NCBI GenBank assembly: GCA_040901445.1
Contig: JBBDYQ010000004.1
Span: 133,246 to 197,245, forward strand
Length of the DNA stretch: 64,000 nucleotides
Direction: 5' to 3'
DNA from: Thermoleophilaceae bacterium
GTDB lineage: Bacteria; Actinomycetota; Thermoleophilia; Solirubrobacterales; Thermoleophilaceae
The notes under the pieces were generated by a model. It saw nothing but the letters and a program-made list of their open reading frames with translations, was not told the origin of the DNA and did not search any database. Below are positions 9,867 through 19,148 of the stretch, one piece after another; positions within the stretch are counted from its first letter, which is position 1; every line of letters begins with the position of its first letter. The position numbers and the translations under genes were made by a program.

Positions 9867-10522
9867 CGGTTCCCCTCAAGACCAGGGTCCTGCTCGCGGA
9901 CGACCACGAGGTGGTCCGCAGCGGCCTGCGCATGGTCATCGACACCGTGCCCGACCTCGAGGTGGTGGCCGAGGCTTCCGACGGCGCCGAGGCGGTTGAG
10001 CGGGCGCTGGCCGAGGACGTGGACCTGGCCGTGCTCGACGTGTCGATGCCGCGCATGACCGGGCTGCAGGCCGCCGCCGAGCTCACGCGCCGCAAGCCCG
10101 ACATCCGCGTGCTCATGCTCTCGATGCACGACAACGAGCGCTACTTCTTCGAGGCGCTCAAGGCAGGTGCGTCCGGCTATGTGCTGAAGACCGCTGCGAA
10201 CCAGGATCTCATCGAGGCGTGCCGCGCGGCGATGCGCGGGGAGCCGTTCCTCTACCCGGCCGCCCTCACGGCCCTGATCCGCGACTACCTCGAGCGCGCC
10301 CGCAGCGGCGAGGAGACGCCCGAGGACCCGCTCAGCCCGCGCGAGCTCGAGGTGGTGAAGCTGATCGCCGAGGGCCACACGAGCGAGGAGATCGCGGAGA
10401 TGCTCTTCATCAGCAAGAAGACCGTCGATCGTCACCGCGCAAACATGCTCGAGAAGCTGGGCATGCGAAACCGGGTGGAGCTCACCCGCTACGCGATCAG
10501 GCGTGGGCTCGTGGAGCCCTGA
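9863..10522 (+). CDS. NarL/LuxR-family response regulator
   Basis: Receiver domain (VLLADDHEVVRSGL..DLAVLDVSMP) plus LuxR HTH (LSPRELEVVKLIAEGHTSEEIAEMLFISKKTVDRHRANMLEKLG). GTGA overlap with the kinase gene. Confidence 0.9.
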   Translation: MTVPLKTRVLLADDHEVVRSGLRMVIDTVPDLEVVAEASDGAEAVERALAEDVDLAVLDVSMPRMTGLQAAAELTRRKPDIRVLMLSMHDNERYFFEALKAGASGYVLKTAANQDLIEACRAAMRGEPFLYPAALTALIRDYLERARSGEETPEDPLSPRELEVVKLIAEGHTSEEIAEMLFISKKTVDRHRANMLEKLGMRNRVELTRYAIRRGLVEP

Positions 10523-10847
10523 CCGCCTCGGCGTTCTCGGACACGGCCGGCGAGAGGCCCAGCAACTCGAGCTCCTCGAGCAGCCACTGCAACCGCCGGG
10601 CGTGATCAGGATGGCACCGGAGCTCGACCGTCCATCCGCCCGGGTGCCGGCGAACGCTTGCGTCCTCGCAGGAGCCTTCCTCCTCCATTCTCAGGACACG
10701 GCGGAACAGCCACGCGTCGACCTCCTTCACCTCGGTCGCATCGCTGGCCTGGCAGCGGACGAGCAATCTCTCCATGGACGCCATCCTGGGCGGTCCCCAG
10801 GGGTGGCGCCATGGGTTCAATGGTGCGTTCGGAGGGGGGACGAACAT
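10497..10847 (-). CDS. Small protein, unassigned family B, copy 2
   Basis: Part of track ORF 10497..11105. ATG 10847 follows GGGAGG. ATG 10775 (MERLLVRCQ..) aligns better with the copy 1 N-terminus. The 3' end overlaps the regulator gene by 26 nt (convergent). Confidence 0.5.
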   Translation of the reverse strand: MFVPPPNAPLNPWRHPWGPPRMASMERLLVRCQASDATEVKEVDAWLFRRVLRMEEEGSCEDASVRRHPGGWTVELRCHPDHARRLQWLLEELELLGLSPAVSENAEAVRAPRAHA

Positions 10848-10868
10848 GCATGGGCCTCCCGACCCCCC

Positions 10869-10879
10869 GGAGATGGGTG
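10869..10879 (-). promoter_or_regulatory. CACCCATCTCC upstream motif, copy 4 (variant)
   Basis: Reverse complement of ggagatgggtg, 21 nt from ATG 10847. Forms an inverted pair with copy 5. Confidence 0.4.
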
Positions 10880-10884
10880 ACACA

Positions 10885-10894
10885 GACCATTCCC
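10885..10894 (+). promoter_or_regulatory. GACCATTCCC upstream motif, copy 5 (one C shorter)
   Basis: 31 nt before GTG 10926, the same spacing as copies 1-3. Confidence 0.4.
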
Positions 10895-10925
10895 GGGCAG
10901 CATCCCCCGCGCCACCATCGGCAAC

Positions 10926-11165
10926 GTGAACTCCCCTGCCGACAGGCTCCACGACAGCGCCCGCGATCTGCTCGAGGCCGCGCATGGCATCGCCGCCGCC
11001 GGCACGGCCGCCGGGGTGGAGCCGGCCATCCCCGCCGCCCTGGCGTGCATGGAGGAGTCGCTGGCCCTGCTCGCCCTGGGGGCCGACGCCATGGCTGGGC
11101 TTCACGATCTCGCCGCGGCCCTGCGCGAGGCCCGGCGGGCCTGCGAGCGCGCCGCTGTGGTCTAG
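10926..11165 (+). CDS. Small Ala-rich protein, unassigned family A, copy 2 (79 aa)
   Basis: Track ORF with GTG start and high GC3. Aligns by eye with 7180..7509, including a C-terminal ..AC..A.. segment. Confidence 0.45.
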   Translation: MNSPADRLHDSARDLLEAAHGIAAAGTAAGVEPAIPAALACMEESLALLALGADAMAGLHDLAAALREARRACERAAVV

Positions 11166-11226
11166 GCGCAGGACGAGTAGCAGGGCCGCCGGAAGGCCGC
11201 TGTGGGAGCGGTCACGGCCGGGTAGG

Positions 11227-11415
11227 TTAGGCCACCGGCGCCTCCGGCGGGCTTCCCTCCACGGACCGCGGATGCAGCACCGCCTCGAGCGCCGCGATCA
11301 GCTCCACGTAGCCGGTGAACGAGAGCGGCTCCCCGGAGCCGGGATGGATCGAGCCGGCGATCGGGGCCGTCCCTGGCAGGACCTCCAAACGGATCTCGTC
11401 GCGCGGCGCCATCAT
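11227..11415 (-). CDS. Small hypothetical protein (62 aa), coupled to the RTX-like gene
   Basis: Track ORF. Its ATG overlaps the stop of 11412..14429 (ATGA). Confidence 0.4.
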   Translation of the reverse strand: MMAPRDEIRLEVLPGTAPIAGSIHPGSGEPLSFTGYVELIAALEAVLHPRSVEGSPPEAPVA

Positions 11416-14400
11416 CGCCGCGTCGCCGCGACGATCCGGAACGTCGCCCGGCGGGGCCGCGACTCGTTGCCCGCCTCGTCCGTGGCCGTGACCACGAGCC
11501 GGTAGCTTCCCCGTGGCAGCGCCCGCCGGCCGATCCGTCCCGAGAAGGACACGCGAATGGTGCCGCGCTCGCCGCGCCGCCGCAGGGTGCCCCGCTCGCG
11601 GTAGAGCGTGCAGCGTGCCCGGCGGACCGCCCGGTCCAGGCGGCGCCTGCCCTGTGGCCCGCGCGCCCGTGCGCCGAGCCTGCGCCTAAGCTGCGCCCGC
11701 AGCGTGCGGCGGTTGCGAGCCGTGGCCGGGACGCACGCGCTGCGGCCGCCCCGGCGCGCCAGCCGCAGGCCGCGGGTCCGCTGCTGCATCGACAGCTCGA
11801 CCTCGGCCTCATCGGACAGCCTGTAGCTGATCCTCGTGCCCTTCGGCACCCGCCGTCGGGAGGCTGTGGCGTCGACCCGGGTAGCAGAGCGGGAGACCGA
11901 GAACCTGCGGTTGGTGAGGCTCACCCGGCTTACCGAGGGAGCGGTCTCGTCGGCCGCGGGCGCGGCCGGAGTGCCGGGCGCCGCAGGGGCGCCGCCGGGC
12001 GGCGGAGGCGTGCCGCCGCCATCGCCGCCCGGCGGCGGAGGAGGCGGAGGAGGAGGCGGAGGCGGAGGCGGAGGAGGCGGAGGCTCGGGGAGATCGACGT
12101 TCTCGCAATTCGCGTCGATTGCGTCCACGCCCGCCAGGTCGGCCGTCACCGAGTCCGCGCCGTCGCCGCAGTTCGCGGTGTCGGCCTCGCCGTCGCGGAT
12201 CAGGAGCGAGTCGTCGCCCTCCTCGCCCGAGACGGTGTCCGCCCCGGCGCCGCCGTCGATCTCGTCGCCGCCGGCGCCTCCCAGGAGCTCGTCCGCCCCG
12301 GCGCCGCCGTCGATCTCGTCGATGCCGTTGCGCCCGCGGATGCGGTTCGGGCCGGCGTCGCCGGTCAGCTCGTCGCTCTGGTTGGAGCCTCCGATGTTCT
12401 CCACGGCAGCCAGGGCGTCCATCCCGTGCCCGGTCGCCTGGCCGGCCGCGAGGTCGACCGTGACGGCGCCGACCACGGTCGAGAAGTCGGCCTCGTCGGT
12501 TCCGTCGCCGCCGTCGAGCGTGTCGGCGCCGGACCCGCCAAGGAGGGTGTCGTCCCCATCGCCGCCGGCGAGCACGTTCGGGAAGGAGTCGCCCTCGAGG
12601 ACGTCGTCGCCCTGCGAGCCGGTCAGGTTGTCGATCTCCGTGAGCGTGTCGGTCCCCTGGCCGGTCGCCGTCTCGGTCACGAGGCTCGCGTTCACGGGTT
12701 GCGGGCCCCCGAAGCTCGCGGTGTCGTCGCCGGGCCCGCCGTTCAGCACGTCGTCGCCGCCTCGGCCGTCGAGCGTGTCGTCCCCGAAGCCGCCGTTCAG
12801 CGTGGTCGCCGCGCCGTTGCCCGTGAGCACGTCGTCCAGGCTGGACCCGTTCACGACGTCGAACCCGGCGATTGCGTCGTTGCCCTCGCCGGTGACGGTG
12901 CCCGCCGTAAGGTCGACCTGCACGGGACTGGAGCTCGATGCGAAGTCCGCCGTGTCGGCACCCTCCCCGAACACCTCCACGTAGCTGTCGTCGCCTCCCT
13001 CGCCACGTACCGAGTCGTCGCCGGGCCCTCCTGCGAGGACGTCGTCTCCGTCGCGACCGAAGAGGATGTCGTTGCCGCCCAGGCCAATGAGCGTGCCGTC
13101 CAGACCGTCGCGGAGGAAGAGGAGGTCCGCCTGGGGGGAACCCTCGATCGCCTCGAAGTTGCGCAGCGTGTCGCTGCCCTCGCCCGTCGCGGCCTCCGCC
13201 GCCAGGTTCGCGTTGACGCCCGTCGCGCTCGTGGAGAAGCTCACGAGGTCGCTGTCCGCGCCTCCGTCCGTGAAGTCGTCGCCGGGTCCGCCCCTGAGGA
13301 TGTCGTTGCCGGAGCCACCCGTCACGGCGTCGCCGCCGGCGCCGCCGTGGAGGTTGTCGTGGCCGTCGCCGCCGAAGGCGCCGTCGTCGCCGGCGGCGGC
13401 GTCGATCGTGTCGTTGCCGCCGCGTCCCTCGAGGACGTCGATGCCGCTGCTCCCCGTCATGTCGTCCGCGTGCTCGGAGCCGATCACCCCCTCGATCGTC
13501 GCGAGCGTGTCGGCGCCCTGGCCCGTGGCGGTGCCGGCCGCGAGGTTCACCGTCATCGCGCCCGTCGCTGAGCTGAAGTCGGCGAAGTCGAAGTCGGCGC
13601 CGCCGGCGATGCTGTCGTTTCCGGGCCCGCCGTGAAGCGTGTCGAAGCCGGCGTTGCCGTCCATGCTGTCGCTGTCGGCGTCGCCGAACAGCGTGTCGTT
13701 GCCGTTCCCTCCGAACATGGTGTCGGCCCCCCCGTCGCCGCGCAGCTCGTCGTCGCCGTCGCCGGCGCTGAGCACGTCGTCACCGCCAAAGCCCCTGATC
13801 ACGTCGTTCCCGTCCCCGCCGAACAGGGCGTTGGCGCCGTCGTTGCCGGAGATCGTGTCGTTGCCGGCCCCACCGAGGACGTTCTCGAACCCGGCGAGGG
13901 TGTCGTTGCCCTGGCCCGTGGCGAAACTGAGCACGCCCAGGTTCACGGTCACCGCGCCGGCCAAGGCGTCGAACCGCAGGAGGTCGGTGCCGCTCCCGCC
14001 CGTGAGCTGGTCGTCCCCGGCCCCGCCGTCGGCGATGTCGCCGAGGCTGCCGCCGATCAGCTCGTCGTTGCCGGTTCCCCCGAAGAGGTTCACCGGACGG
14101 TCGTTCATGAGGCTCGCGTCGACGAGGTCGTTCTGGTCCCCCATCTCGAAGCTCGCGAGGTTCACGCCGGTGCACTCCACCGTCTCCGAGCCCCCGGCGC
14201 TGCCGGTCACCGCGCAGTTGCTCCCGGCGCTCACGGCCACCCCCGCGCCGCTCTCGGTGAGCTTCAGGTTCCCGGCAGCGCTGTCCAGCTCCACCTCGAC
14301 GCGGTTGGCCTCGCCCGCCGCGGCGGCGTAGGTCAGCACGCCGCCGGTCTGGCTGACGGTGGCCGCGAGCGCCGGTGGCGCGGCGAGAGCGAGTGCGACG

Positions 14401-14429
14401 GTGCTGCAGGCGAGCGCGATGAGCTTCAT
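11412..14429 (-). CDS. Large secreted protein with hemolysin-type (RTX-like) Ca-binding nonapeptide repeats, Pro18 linker and basic Ig-like C-terminal domain
   Basis: ORF 11412..14480. Signal peptide from ATG 14429 (MKLIALACSTVALALAAPPALAA). Dozens of GGxGxDxL-type repeats (GGAGNDTISG, GGDGNDVIRG, GGNGNDTLFG ...). PEP(18)GG tract. C-terminus ..SFSGRIGRRALPRGSYRLVVTATDEAGNES. Confidence 0.8.
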   Translation of the reverse strand: MKLIALACSTVALALAAPPALAATVSQTGGVLTYAAAAGEANRVEVELDSAAGNLKLTESGAGVAVSAGSNCAVTGSAGGSETVECTGVNLASFEMGDQNDLVDASLMNDRPVNLFGGTGNDELIGGSLGDIADGGAGDDQLTGGSGTDLLRFDALAGAVTVNLGVLSFATGQGNDTLAGFENVLGGAGNDTISGNDGANALFGGDGNDVIRGFGGDDVLSAGDGDDELRGDGGADTMFGGNGNDTLFGDADSDSMDGNAGFDTLHGGPGNDSIAGGADFDFADFSSATGAMTVNLAAGTATGQGADTLATIEGVIGSEHADDMTGSSGIDVLEGRGGNDTIDAAAGDDGAFGGDGHDNLHGGAGGDAVTGGSGNDILRGGPGDDFTDGGADSDLVSFSTSATGVNANLAAEAATGEGSDTLRNFEAIEGSPQADLLFLRDGLDGTLIGLGGNDILFGRDGDDVLAGGPGDDSVRGEGGDDSYVEVFGEGADTADFASSSSPVQVDLTAGTVTGEGNDAIAGFDVVNGSSLDDVLTGNGAATTLNGGFGDDTLDGRGGDDVLNGGPGDDTASFGGPQPVNASLVTETATGQGTDTLTEIDNLTGSQGDDVLEGDSFPNVLAGGDGDDTLLGGSGADTLDGGDGTDEADFSTVVGAVTVDLAAGQATGHGMDALAAVENIGGSNQSDELTGDAGPNRIRGRNGIDEIDGGAGADELLGGAGGDEIDGGAGADTVSGEEGDDSLLIRDGEADTANCGDGADSVTADLAGVDAIDANCENVDLPEPPPPPPPPPPPPPPPPPPGGDGGGTPPPPGGAPAAPGTPAAPAADETAPSVSRVSLTNRRFSVSRSATRVDATASRRRVPKGTRISYRLSDEAEVELSMQQRTRGLRLARRGGRSACVPATARNRRTLRAQLRRRLGARARGPQGRRRLDRAVRRARCTLYRERGTLRRRGERGTIRVSFSGRIGRRALPRGSYRLVVTATDEAGNESRPRRATFRIVAATRR
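12031..12084. repeat. (GGN)18 simple repeat encoding the Pro18 tract
   Basis: ggcggcggaggaggcggaggaggaggcggaggcggaggcggaggaggcggaggc, inside the RTX-like CDS. Confidence 0.8.
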
Positions 14430-14567
14430 GTGTCCCCCTGTGAGTGGCCCGGGGCCGACCATGGGCCCACCGGCCCCCATCCGCCACGTGGGAGCGCCCG
14501 AAGTCTTTTTCGCCGCGACCCGAAGGGGTATCGGGCCACTGCTCCCTGGGATACGCTCGCCCGGGAG

Positions 14568-17432
14568 ATGAGCGCGACCAGCCGCCGCGCGGACGGCCTG
14601 CTACTGGAGCGCGAGCAGGAGCTCGGCGCTCTCGCGCGGCTGGCTGCCGAGGCGGGCGAAGGTAGGGGCGGAGTTGCGCTGATCGAGGGCCCGGCCGGCG
14701 TCGGCAAGTCGCGGCTGCTCGGCGAGGCCCTGGGCCGGGCGGAGGAGGCCGGCCTCGACTCCCTGCGGGCGCGGGGCAGCGAGCTCGAGCGCAACTTCAG
14801 CTTCGGCGCCGCGCTGCAGCTGCTAGGTCCCCCGGTGCTCGGAGCCGGCGAGCCCACGCGGCGGGAGCTCTTCCGCGGCGCCGCCGGGCACGCCGAGCCG
14901 CTCTTTCGCGACGCTCGGACGGCCCTGGGCGACGCCGCCGCGGACCAGACCTTCCCCCTCTACCACGGGCTGCACTGGCTGCTCGTGAGCCTGTCGGAGC
15001 GCTCTCCCCTGATACTCGCCGTGGACGACGCCCACTGGATCGACGACCAGTCCTCAGGCTTCCTCGTCTACCTGGCCCAGCGGCTCGAGGAGCTGCCGCT
15101 CGCCCTCGTCGTGGCCGTTCGGACGGGCGAGCCCGCGGCGGCCGGCGGGCTGCTGGAGCGGCTTGGGGAGGCTCCGGGGGCCGAGGTGCTGCGGCCGGCG
15201 CCGCTCAGCTGCACCGCGTGCGAGCGAATCGTGCTGGACGCCATCCCGGCGGCCGACGAGAGCTTCGCCCGCGCATGCTCGGCCGCGAGCGGCGGGAACC
15301 CGTTCGTGCTCCGCGAGCTGGTGGCCGCCATCGAGTCCGACGGCATCGCGCCCACCGCCGGGTCGGCCGAGCGGGTCTTCACGCTGACCCCGGAGGCCGT
15401 CTCGCGATCCGTTCTCGCCCGCCTCGGCCGCCTGCCCGGTCCGGCGCGCGAGCTTGCCCGCGCGGCGGCGGTCCTGGGGGAAGGTCCGCTCGCGGAGGCG
15501 GCGGCGATCGCCTCGGTCGAGCCGCCTGCCGCGGCCGAGGCGGCGGCCCTGCTCGAGCGGGCGAACGTCATCGCCGCCGGCGATCGGCTCCGCTTCGTCC
15601 ACCCGGTGCTGCGATCGGTGGTCTACGAGGATGCGCCCGCCGCCTGGCTGGTGCGAGCCCACGCCCGGGCGGCGGAGCTCGCGCGCGAGCGCGGGGCGCT
15701 GGCTGAGGTCGTGGCGGCCCACCTCCTGCCGGCGGAGCGGGGTGCGCTCCGCTGGGCGATCGAGGTGCTGGAGGAGGCAGCCCGGGACGCGCGGCGCCAG
15801 GGCGCCCCTGCGACGGCGGCCCGCTATCTGCGCCGGGCGCTGGAGGAGGAGCCCGAGCGGCCGGTTCGCGGGGAGCTGCTGCTCGCGCTCGGCGGCGCGG
15901 AGGCGGACGCGGGCGAGGAGAGCGGCCTGGAGCGCTTCGAGGCGGCGCGAGGGCTGCTCGCGGACCCTGCCCGCCGGATCGCCGCGCTGCGCGAGATCGC
16001 GGGGCTGCTGCTCTACCGCGGCCGCTACCCGGACGCGGCTGCGGCCGCCGGTGAGGGCCTGGCCGCGCTTCGAGATGCCGGCGCGAGGTCTGCCAACGAG
16101 CTGGCCACCGACCTGGAGGCGATGTGGCTGATCGCGAAGCACTGGGGCGTGGTCGTGGCGGAGCGCGCCGAGTCCTGGGAGCAGGTCGAGCGCCTGATCG
16201 GGCGGGAGCGGTTGGAGGCGACACCGGCCGGGCGGGGGCTACTGGGGCACGCCGGGCTGGGAGAGGCGTACGCGGGGCGAAGGAGGGAGCGAGCCGCGGA
16301 GCTGGTCCGCCGCGCGATGTCGGGAGGACAGCCGAGCGAGGATCCCCTCGACGGCATCGCTTTCGCGCTCGGCGGCTTCGCGCTGATCGTCGCCGACGAG
16401 CTGCTCGAGGCCGAGGCGGCCATGACGGCCGCCATCGAGGCAGGGCGCCGACGAGGCTCGATTCTCGAGATCGCCGCGTTCGCCCACGTGCGCTCGATCG
16501 CCCGCTATCGCCTCGGGTGGCTGGCGGAGGCGGCCAGCGACGCCGAGGACGCCGTGGAGGGCGGCCGCCACGGCTGGGGTGCGACGCTGCCGATGGCGCA
16601 CGCCTACGTGGCGCTGATCCGGCTGGAGCGCGGCGAGGAGGACGCCGCCTGGGAGGCGCTGGAGCTGCCGGGCGGTGAGGAGCTCTGGCGGGCCAACCCG
16701 TCATGGGGAGCCTGGGTGGCGGTCCGGGGGCGCCTCAGGCTCCAGCGCGGGGAGGCGGAGGAGGGCCGCGCCGACCTCGCCTACGTCGAGGCCATGGCGC
16801 AGGCGTCGGGCGCCCTGAACCCGGCGATGCTCCCCTGGCGCTCGTGGGCGGCGGCGTGCGCGCAGCGTCTCGGGGACGAGACGGAGGCGCGGCGGCTGGC
16901 GGACGAGGAGCTGGAGCTGGCACGAGCCTGGGGCGCGCCCCGCGCGGTCGCACAAGCGCTGCGAGGCGATGCTCTGGTCGCGGGCGGCGAGCGGGCGATC
17001 ACGGCGCTCGAGGAGGCGCTGGAACTGCTGGAGGGCTCGCCGGCGGCGCTGGAGGACGCCCACGTGCGCTTCGCGCTGGGAGCAGCCCTGCGCCGCGCCG
17101 GCCGGCGCAGAGAAGCGCGCGAGCGGCTGGCGCAGGCGCTGGACCTGGCCCACCGCGCCGGCGCGGGCGCGCTGGTGGAGCGGGCGCTCTCCGAGCTGCG
17201 GGTTGCCGGCGCCCGCCCCCGCCGCCCCGCCATGTCCGGCGTCGCCGCGCTCACGCCGAGCGAGCGCCGCGTGGCCGCCCTCGCGGCCGAGGGGCGGTCA
17301 AATCGGGAAATCGCCGAGGGCCTGTTCGTGACCGAGCGCACCGTGGAGATGCACCTGACGGCCTCCTACGCGAAGCTCGGCATCGCCTCACGCCGGGAGC
17401 TGCCGCATGCGCTGGCCGCCGGCGAGGGATAG
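14568..17432 (+). CDS. LAL/MalT-like large ATP-binding LuxR-family regulator (AAA/STAND + TPR-like + HTH)
   Basis: Real start is ATG 14568 after GGGAG, inside track ORF 13632..17432. Walker A GPAGVGKSRL. C-terminal LuxR HTH LTPSERRVAALAAEGRSNREIAEGLFVTERTVEMHLTASYAKLG. Confidence 0.85.
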   Translation: MSATSRRADGLLLEREQELGALARLAAEAGEGRGGVALIEGPAGVGKSRLLGEALGRAEEAGLDSLRARGSELERNFSFGAALQLLGPPVLGAGEPTRRELFRGAAGHAEPLFRDARTALGDAAADQTFPLYHGLHWLLVSLSERSPLILAVDDAHWIDDQSSGFLVYLAQRLEELPLALVVAVRTGEPAAAGGLLERLGEAPGAEVLRPAPLSCTACERIVLDAIPAADESFARACSAASGGNPFVLRELVAAIESDGIAPTAGSAERVFTLTPEAVSRSVLARLGRLPGPARELARAAAVLGEGPLAEAAAIASVEPPAAAEAAALLERANVIAAGDRLRFVHPVLRSVVYEDAPAAWLVRAHARAAELARERGALAEVVAAHLLPAERGALRWAIEVLEEAARDARRQGAPATAARYLRRALEEEPERPVRGELLLALGGAEADAGEESGLERFEAARGLLADPARRIAALREIAGLLLYRGRYPDAAAAAGEGLAALRDAGARSANELATDLEAMWLIAKHWGVVVAERAESWEQVERLIGRERLEATPAGRGLLGHAGLGEAYAGRRRERAAELVRRAMSGGQPSEDPLDGIAFALGGFALIVADELLEAEAAMTAAIEAGRRRGSILEIAAFAHVRSIARYRLGWLAEAASDAEDAVEGGRHGWGATLPMAHAYVALIRLERGEEDAAWEALELPGGEELWRANPSWGAWVAVRGRLRLQRGEAEEGRADLAYVEAMAQASGALNPAMLPWRSWAAACAQRLGDETEARRLADEELELARAWGAPRAVAQALRGDALVAGGERAITALEEALELLEGSPAALEDAHVRFALGAALRRAGRRREARERLAQALDLAHRAGAGALVERALSELRVAGARPRRPAMSGVAALTPSERRVAALAAEGRSNREIAEGLFVTERTVEMHLTASYAKLGIASRRELPHALAAGEG

Positions 17433-17447
17433 CCGCTCGAGCTGCGC

Positions 17448-19148
17448 TCAGGCCACCGGCTGGGAGACCGTGCCGGCCGTCTGCCGGGCGCCCCTCGCCA
17501 CCTCGCGCCGGATGTCCTTCATCGGCTCCACCGAGCGCACGCGCGGGACGACGTCGAAGTTGTTCACCGGCGGCGGCGACTGCACGAACCACTCGAGCGT
17601 GTTGCCGTGCCACGGGTCGTTGCCGGCCTTCTTGCCCTTCTTGATGCTGAGGATCACGTTGACGACCGACATGAGCACGCCGATGCCGAGCAGGAACGAG
17701 CCGATGGTGGAGGCCAGGTTGAAGCCCTCCCAGCCGGCGCCCTCCGGGTAGTCGTAGATGCGCCGCGGCATGCCCGACAGGCCGGCGGAGTGCTGAACGA
17801 GGAAGGTGAGGTTGAAGCCCACGAACATCACCCAGAACGACGCCTTGCCCAGGCCCTCCGACAGCATCCGGCCCGACATCTTCGGGAACCAGTAGTAGAG
17901 CCCGGCGAAGATGCCGAACACCGAGCCGCCGAACAGCACGTAGTGGATGTGGGCAACCACGAAGTAGCTGTCGTGGAGCTGCCAGTCCACCGGGAAGACC
18001 GCCAGGATCACGCCGGAGATGCCGCCGATCAGGAACAGGCCGATGAAGCCGGCGGCGAAGTAGAGCGGCGTCTTGAAGACGATCGACCCGCGCCAGAGCG
18101 TGGCGATCCAGTTGAAGATCTTGATGCCCGTCGGCACCGCGATCGCAAAGGAGCTGATCATGAAGATCGCCAGCACCACCGTTGCCGTGGGGGTGGTGAA
18201 CATGTGGTGGGCCCACACGAGCAGTCCGAGGAACGCGATGGCCGCCGTGGACGCCGCGATGGCCTTGTAGCCGAAGATCGGCTTGCGCGCGAACACCGGC
18301 ACGATCTCCGAGATCATGCCGAACGCCGGCAGGATCATGATGTACACCTCGGGGTGCCCGAAGAACCAGAAGAGGTGCTGCCAGAGCAGCGGGTCGCCGC
18401 CGCCCGTGACGTCGAAGAAGGCGGTGCCGAAGTGGCGGTCGGTGAGCAGCATCGTGACCGCGGCGGCGATGGCGGGCAGCGCCAGGATCAGCAGGTAGCT
18501 GTACACGAGCAGCGACCAGACGAACAGCGGCATGCGGCCCCAGCTCATGCCCTTGGCGCGCATGTTGTGGATCGTCGCGACGAAGTTGATGGCGCCCAGC
18601 AGCGAGGAGAGGCCCGTGAGGTGGATGAGGAAGATCCACGCGTCGATGCCGCCGTCGGGCAGGAATGCGTCGTCCGACAGCGGGGCGTAGGAGGTCCAGC
18701 CCGCGGTGGGCGGCGACCAGAAGAGGCTGGCATAGAACGCGATGCCGCCGAACAGCAGCAGCCAGAACGACAGCGCGTTCAGCCGCGGGAACGCCATGTC
18801 CCTGGCCCCGATCATGAGCGGCAGCATGTAGTTGCCGAAGCCGGCGAGGACCGGCACCACGAACAGGAAGATCATCGTGGTGCCGTGCAGCGAGACCAGC
18901 CCGTTGTAGGCCGTGGGCTCGATGAGCGTGCTGCTCGCCTGGGCGAGCTGGAGCCGCATGAGCAGCGCCTCGACGCCACCGAGGATGAAGAACCCGAAGG
19001 TGGCGAAGAGGTACATGATCCCGATCTTCTTGTGATCGGTGGTGGTGAGCCACGTGGTCCATCCCGCGGGCTCGGGCTCCGTGCCGTGCATGACGACCTC
19101 GGGACGGGGCCGGGCGGAGACCGGGGGTGGAAGGGCTTCGCCGGTCAC
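17448..19148 (-). CDS. ctaD: Cytochrome c oxidase subunit I
   Basis: WFFGHPEVYIMILPAFG, VWAHHMF, HFHYV-type motifs. GTGA overlap with ctaC. Confidence 0.95.
   Translation of the reverse strand: MTGEALPPPVSARPRPEVVMHGTEPEPAGWTTWLTTTDHKKIGIMYLFATFGFFILGGVEALLMRLQLAQASSTLIEPTAYNGLVSLHGTTMIFLFVVPVLAGFGNYMLPLMIGARDMAFPRLNALSFWLLLFGGIAFYASLFWSPPTAGWTSYAPLSDDAFLPDGGIDAWIFLIHLTGLSSLLGAINFVATIHNMRAKGMSWGRMPLFVWSLLVYSYLLILALPAIAAAVTMLLTDRHFGTAFFDVTGGGDPLLWQHLFWFFGHPEVYIMILPAFGMISEIVPVFARKPIFGYKAIAASTAAIAFLGLLVWAHHMFTTPTATVVLAIFMISSFAIAVPTGIKIFNWIATLWRGSIVFKTPLYFAAGFIGLFLIGGISGVILAVFPVDWQLHDSYFVVAHIHYVLFGGSVFGIFAGLYYWFPKMSGRMLSEGLGKASFWVMFVGFNLTFLVQHSAGLSGMPRRIYDYPEGAGWEGFNLASTIGSFLLGIGVLMSVVNVILSIKKGKKAGNDPWHGNTLEWFVQSPPPVNNFDVVPRVRSVEPMKDIRREVARGARQTAGTVSQPVA

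Noticed and set aside
11412-14429. Highly repetitive DNA that might have been a CRISPR array or a tandem DNA repeat.
   Set aside because: The repeats are degenerate 27-nt coding units (GGxGxDxLx nonapeptides) in one long open frame. There are no constant repeat/spacer units.
14497-14525. Direct repeat CCCGAAG ... CCCGAAG (22 nt apart) and a T5 run in the RTX/LAL divergent spacer.
   Set aside because: A 7-mer repeated once is within chance expectation. It is noted only as a candidate LuxR-type site with no further support.
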